A stretch of 7,330 nucleotides of DNA from IMG/VR virus record IMGVR_UViG_2531839195_000014; one strand, given 5' to 3'. Source of the stretch: a virus. Lineage: Duplodnaviria > Heunggongvirae > Uroviricota > Caudoviricetes. The notes beneath the pieces were generated by a model. The model made no database searches, was not told where the DNA came from, and was given only the letters and a program-made list of their open reading frames with translations. Every line of letters starts with the position of its first letter. Within the stretch, counting starts at the first letter, position 1. A program made the position numbers and the translations under genes. Below are positions 6,566 to 7,330 of the stretch, piece by piece.

Positions 6566-6869
6566 TATTAGCTCCTTCTGATGCCATTTTATTTCAGGAA
6601 GGAGTGTCCGTTAAACTCAGGCTACCTCACATGTCTCTGGCGCAATGCCCGGGCTTTTTATTCGCACATCGTGAGGAATGCACCGTGGAAATTAAAAAAT
6701 CATTAATCCCCGTTATACCGAAAGTGGCGCAGTAGACTGTGACGTTTTTTTTGACGACAGGGACCAGGCAGTCCCCTACACAGCCACCGCTGATGATGTC
6801 GCACCGACGGGTCAGCGAATCTGGCAGGAACTGCAAAGTGGCAAATGGGGTGAGATAGCCCCATTCACT

Positions 6870-7247
6870 GTGACACCAGAAATGCTGGAAGCGGCCAGAG
6901 AGGCCAGACGTCAGGAAATTGAAGCATGGCGCACAGAACAGGAGGCGAAGCCGTTCACGTTTGAATGGAACGGTCGTATCTGGAATGCTGGCCCCAACTC
7001 ACTGGGCCGCCTTTATCCGGTGGTAATGGCTGCGAAATCCGACATTGTACGGGACGTGATGACGTGGGGTGATGCCGATAATCAGCAGGTGAAACTGTCG
7101 ATGCCGGAACTGGAAGAACTGGCGGCAGCAATGGTGCAGGCGCAGGTCGATCGCAACGATGAGATTTATCGCCGTCAGCGTGAAATGAAAGAGGAGCTGA
7201 GCGGTCTGGATGATTTGGCTTCAATTCGGGCGTTTGACGTTGAGTAA
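6870..7247 (+). CDS. phage tail-associated DUF4376-like protein (tail-fibre-assembly-like region); 5' end disrupted or uncertain
   Basis: Product …EMLEAAREARRQEIEAWRTEQEA…MTWGDADNQQVKLSMPELEELAAAMVQAQVDRNDEIYRRQREMKEELSGLDDLASIRAFDVE resembles, from memory, the DUF4376 family found beside prophage tail-fibre genes. The frame is open upstream to 6696 with coding-like sequence but no start codon or RBS before GTG 6870 / ATG 6882. The stop overlaps the next start (TAATG). Confidence 0.45.
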   Translation: MTPEMLEAAREARRQEIEAWRTEQEAKPFTFEWNGRIWNAGPNSLGRLYPVVMAAKSDIVRDVMTWGDADNQQVKLSMPELEELAAAMVQAQVDRNDEIYRRQREMKEELSGLDDLASIRAFDVE

Positions 7248-7330
7248 TGAATAAGCCGCAACTGGCGGAATCACAGAAGACCGCTTTGCTTACCGAAGCG
7301 GAGTCTGTCATCCGGCCGCCGGGGCGTGCT
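7247..7330 (+). CDS. hypothetical protein, N-terminal 28 codons, partial (continues beyond the window)
   Basis: ATG 7247 overlaps the upstream stop codon (TAATG), suggesting translational coupling; reads MNKPQLAESQKTALLTEAESVIRPPGRA to the window edge. Not in the ORF track because of the window end. Confidence 0.3.
   Translation, partial: MNKPQLAESQKTALLTEAESVIRPPGRA

Larger units (their letters stand above)
5457..6629 (-). mobile_element. IS600-like element, copy 3, lacking the terminal 91 bp including IRR; directly abuts copy 2 IRL
   Basis: IRL ends at 6629 (…GGCTACCTCA). Homology to copy 2 begins at the position equivalent to copy 2 nt 4286, so 91 bp including the IRR and the orfB 3' end are absent. 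The junction at 5456/5457 is with the last base of copy 2 IRL. Confidence 0.85.

Noticed and set aside
6627-6836. 69-aa minus-strand ORF
   Set aside because: Begins at the IS junction, antisense to the coding-like upstream frame of the DUF4376-like gene.
6955-7311. 118-aa minus-strand Pro/Ser-rich ORF
   Set aside because: Antisense to two translationally coupled plus-strand genes.
1-7330. CRISPR arrays, tRNA/rRNA genes, integrase or attachment sites
   Set aside because: No regularly spaced direct repeats, no tRNA T-loop/acceptor pattern (the TTCGAA at about 1897 lacks the flanking GG/CC), and no integrase-like ORF were found.

Overview
Sequence-only reading, no database searches. The window is an IS-saturated stretch of an enterobacterial (Shigella/E. 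coli-like) prophage remnant. I did not find an intact, clearly novel system; the best candidate is a disrupted two-gene cassette of unknown function. Layout: (1) 1-281, the IRL end and first 63 codons of an IS2 copy (minus strand) running off the left edge. (2) 282-2033, phage-like DNA with a Rha-family regulatory/antirepressor gene (1031-1585), small uncertain ORFs, and the first 25 codons of a small gene. (3) Three copies of one IS3-family element I recognise as IS600-like: copy 1 (2034-3269, +), copy 2 (4195-5456, -) and a truncated copy 3 (5457-6629, -) abutting copy 2 head-to-tail. (4) 3270-4194 between the inverted copies 1 and 2 is an inverted segment: it carries the last 56 codons of the gene begun at 1957, plus a 3'-truncated 208-codon gene of unknown function. 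(5) 6630-7330, a DUF4376-like phage tail-associated gene with a disrupted 5' region and the start of a translationally coupled downstream gene. All three IS600-like copies carry different orfB lesions and share an orfA/orfB frame arrangement that a -1 frameshift cannot bridge. No CRISPR array, tRNA or rRNA was seen.
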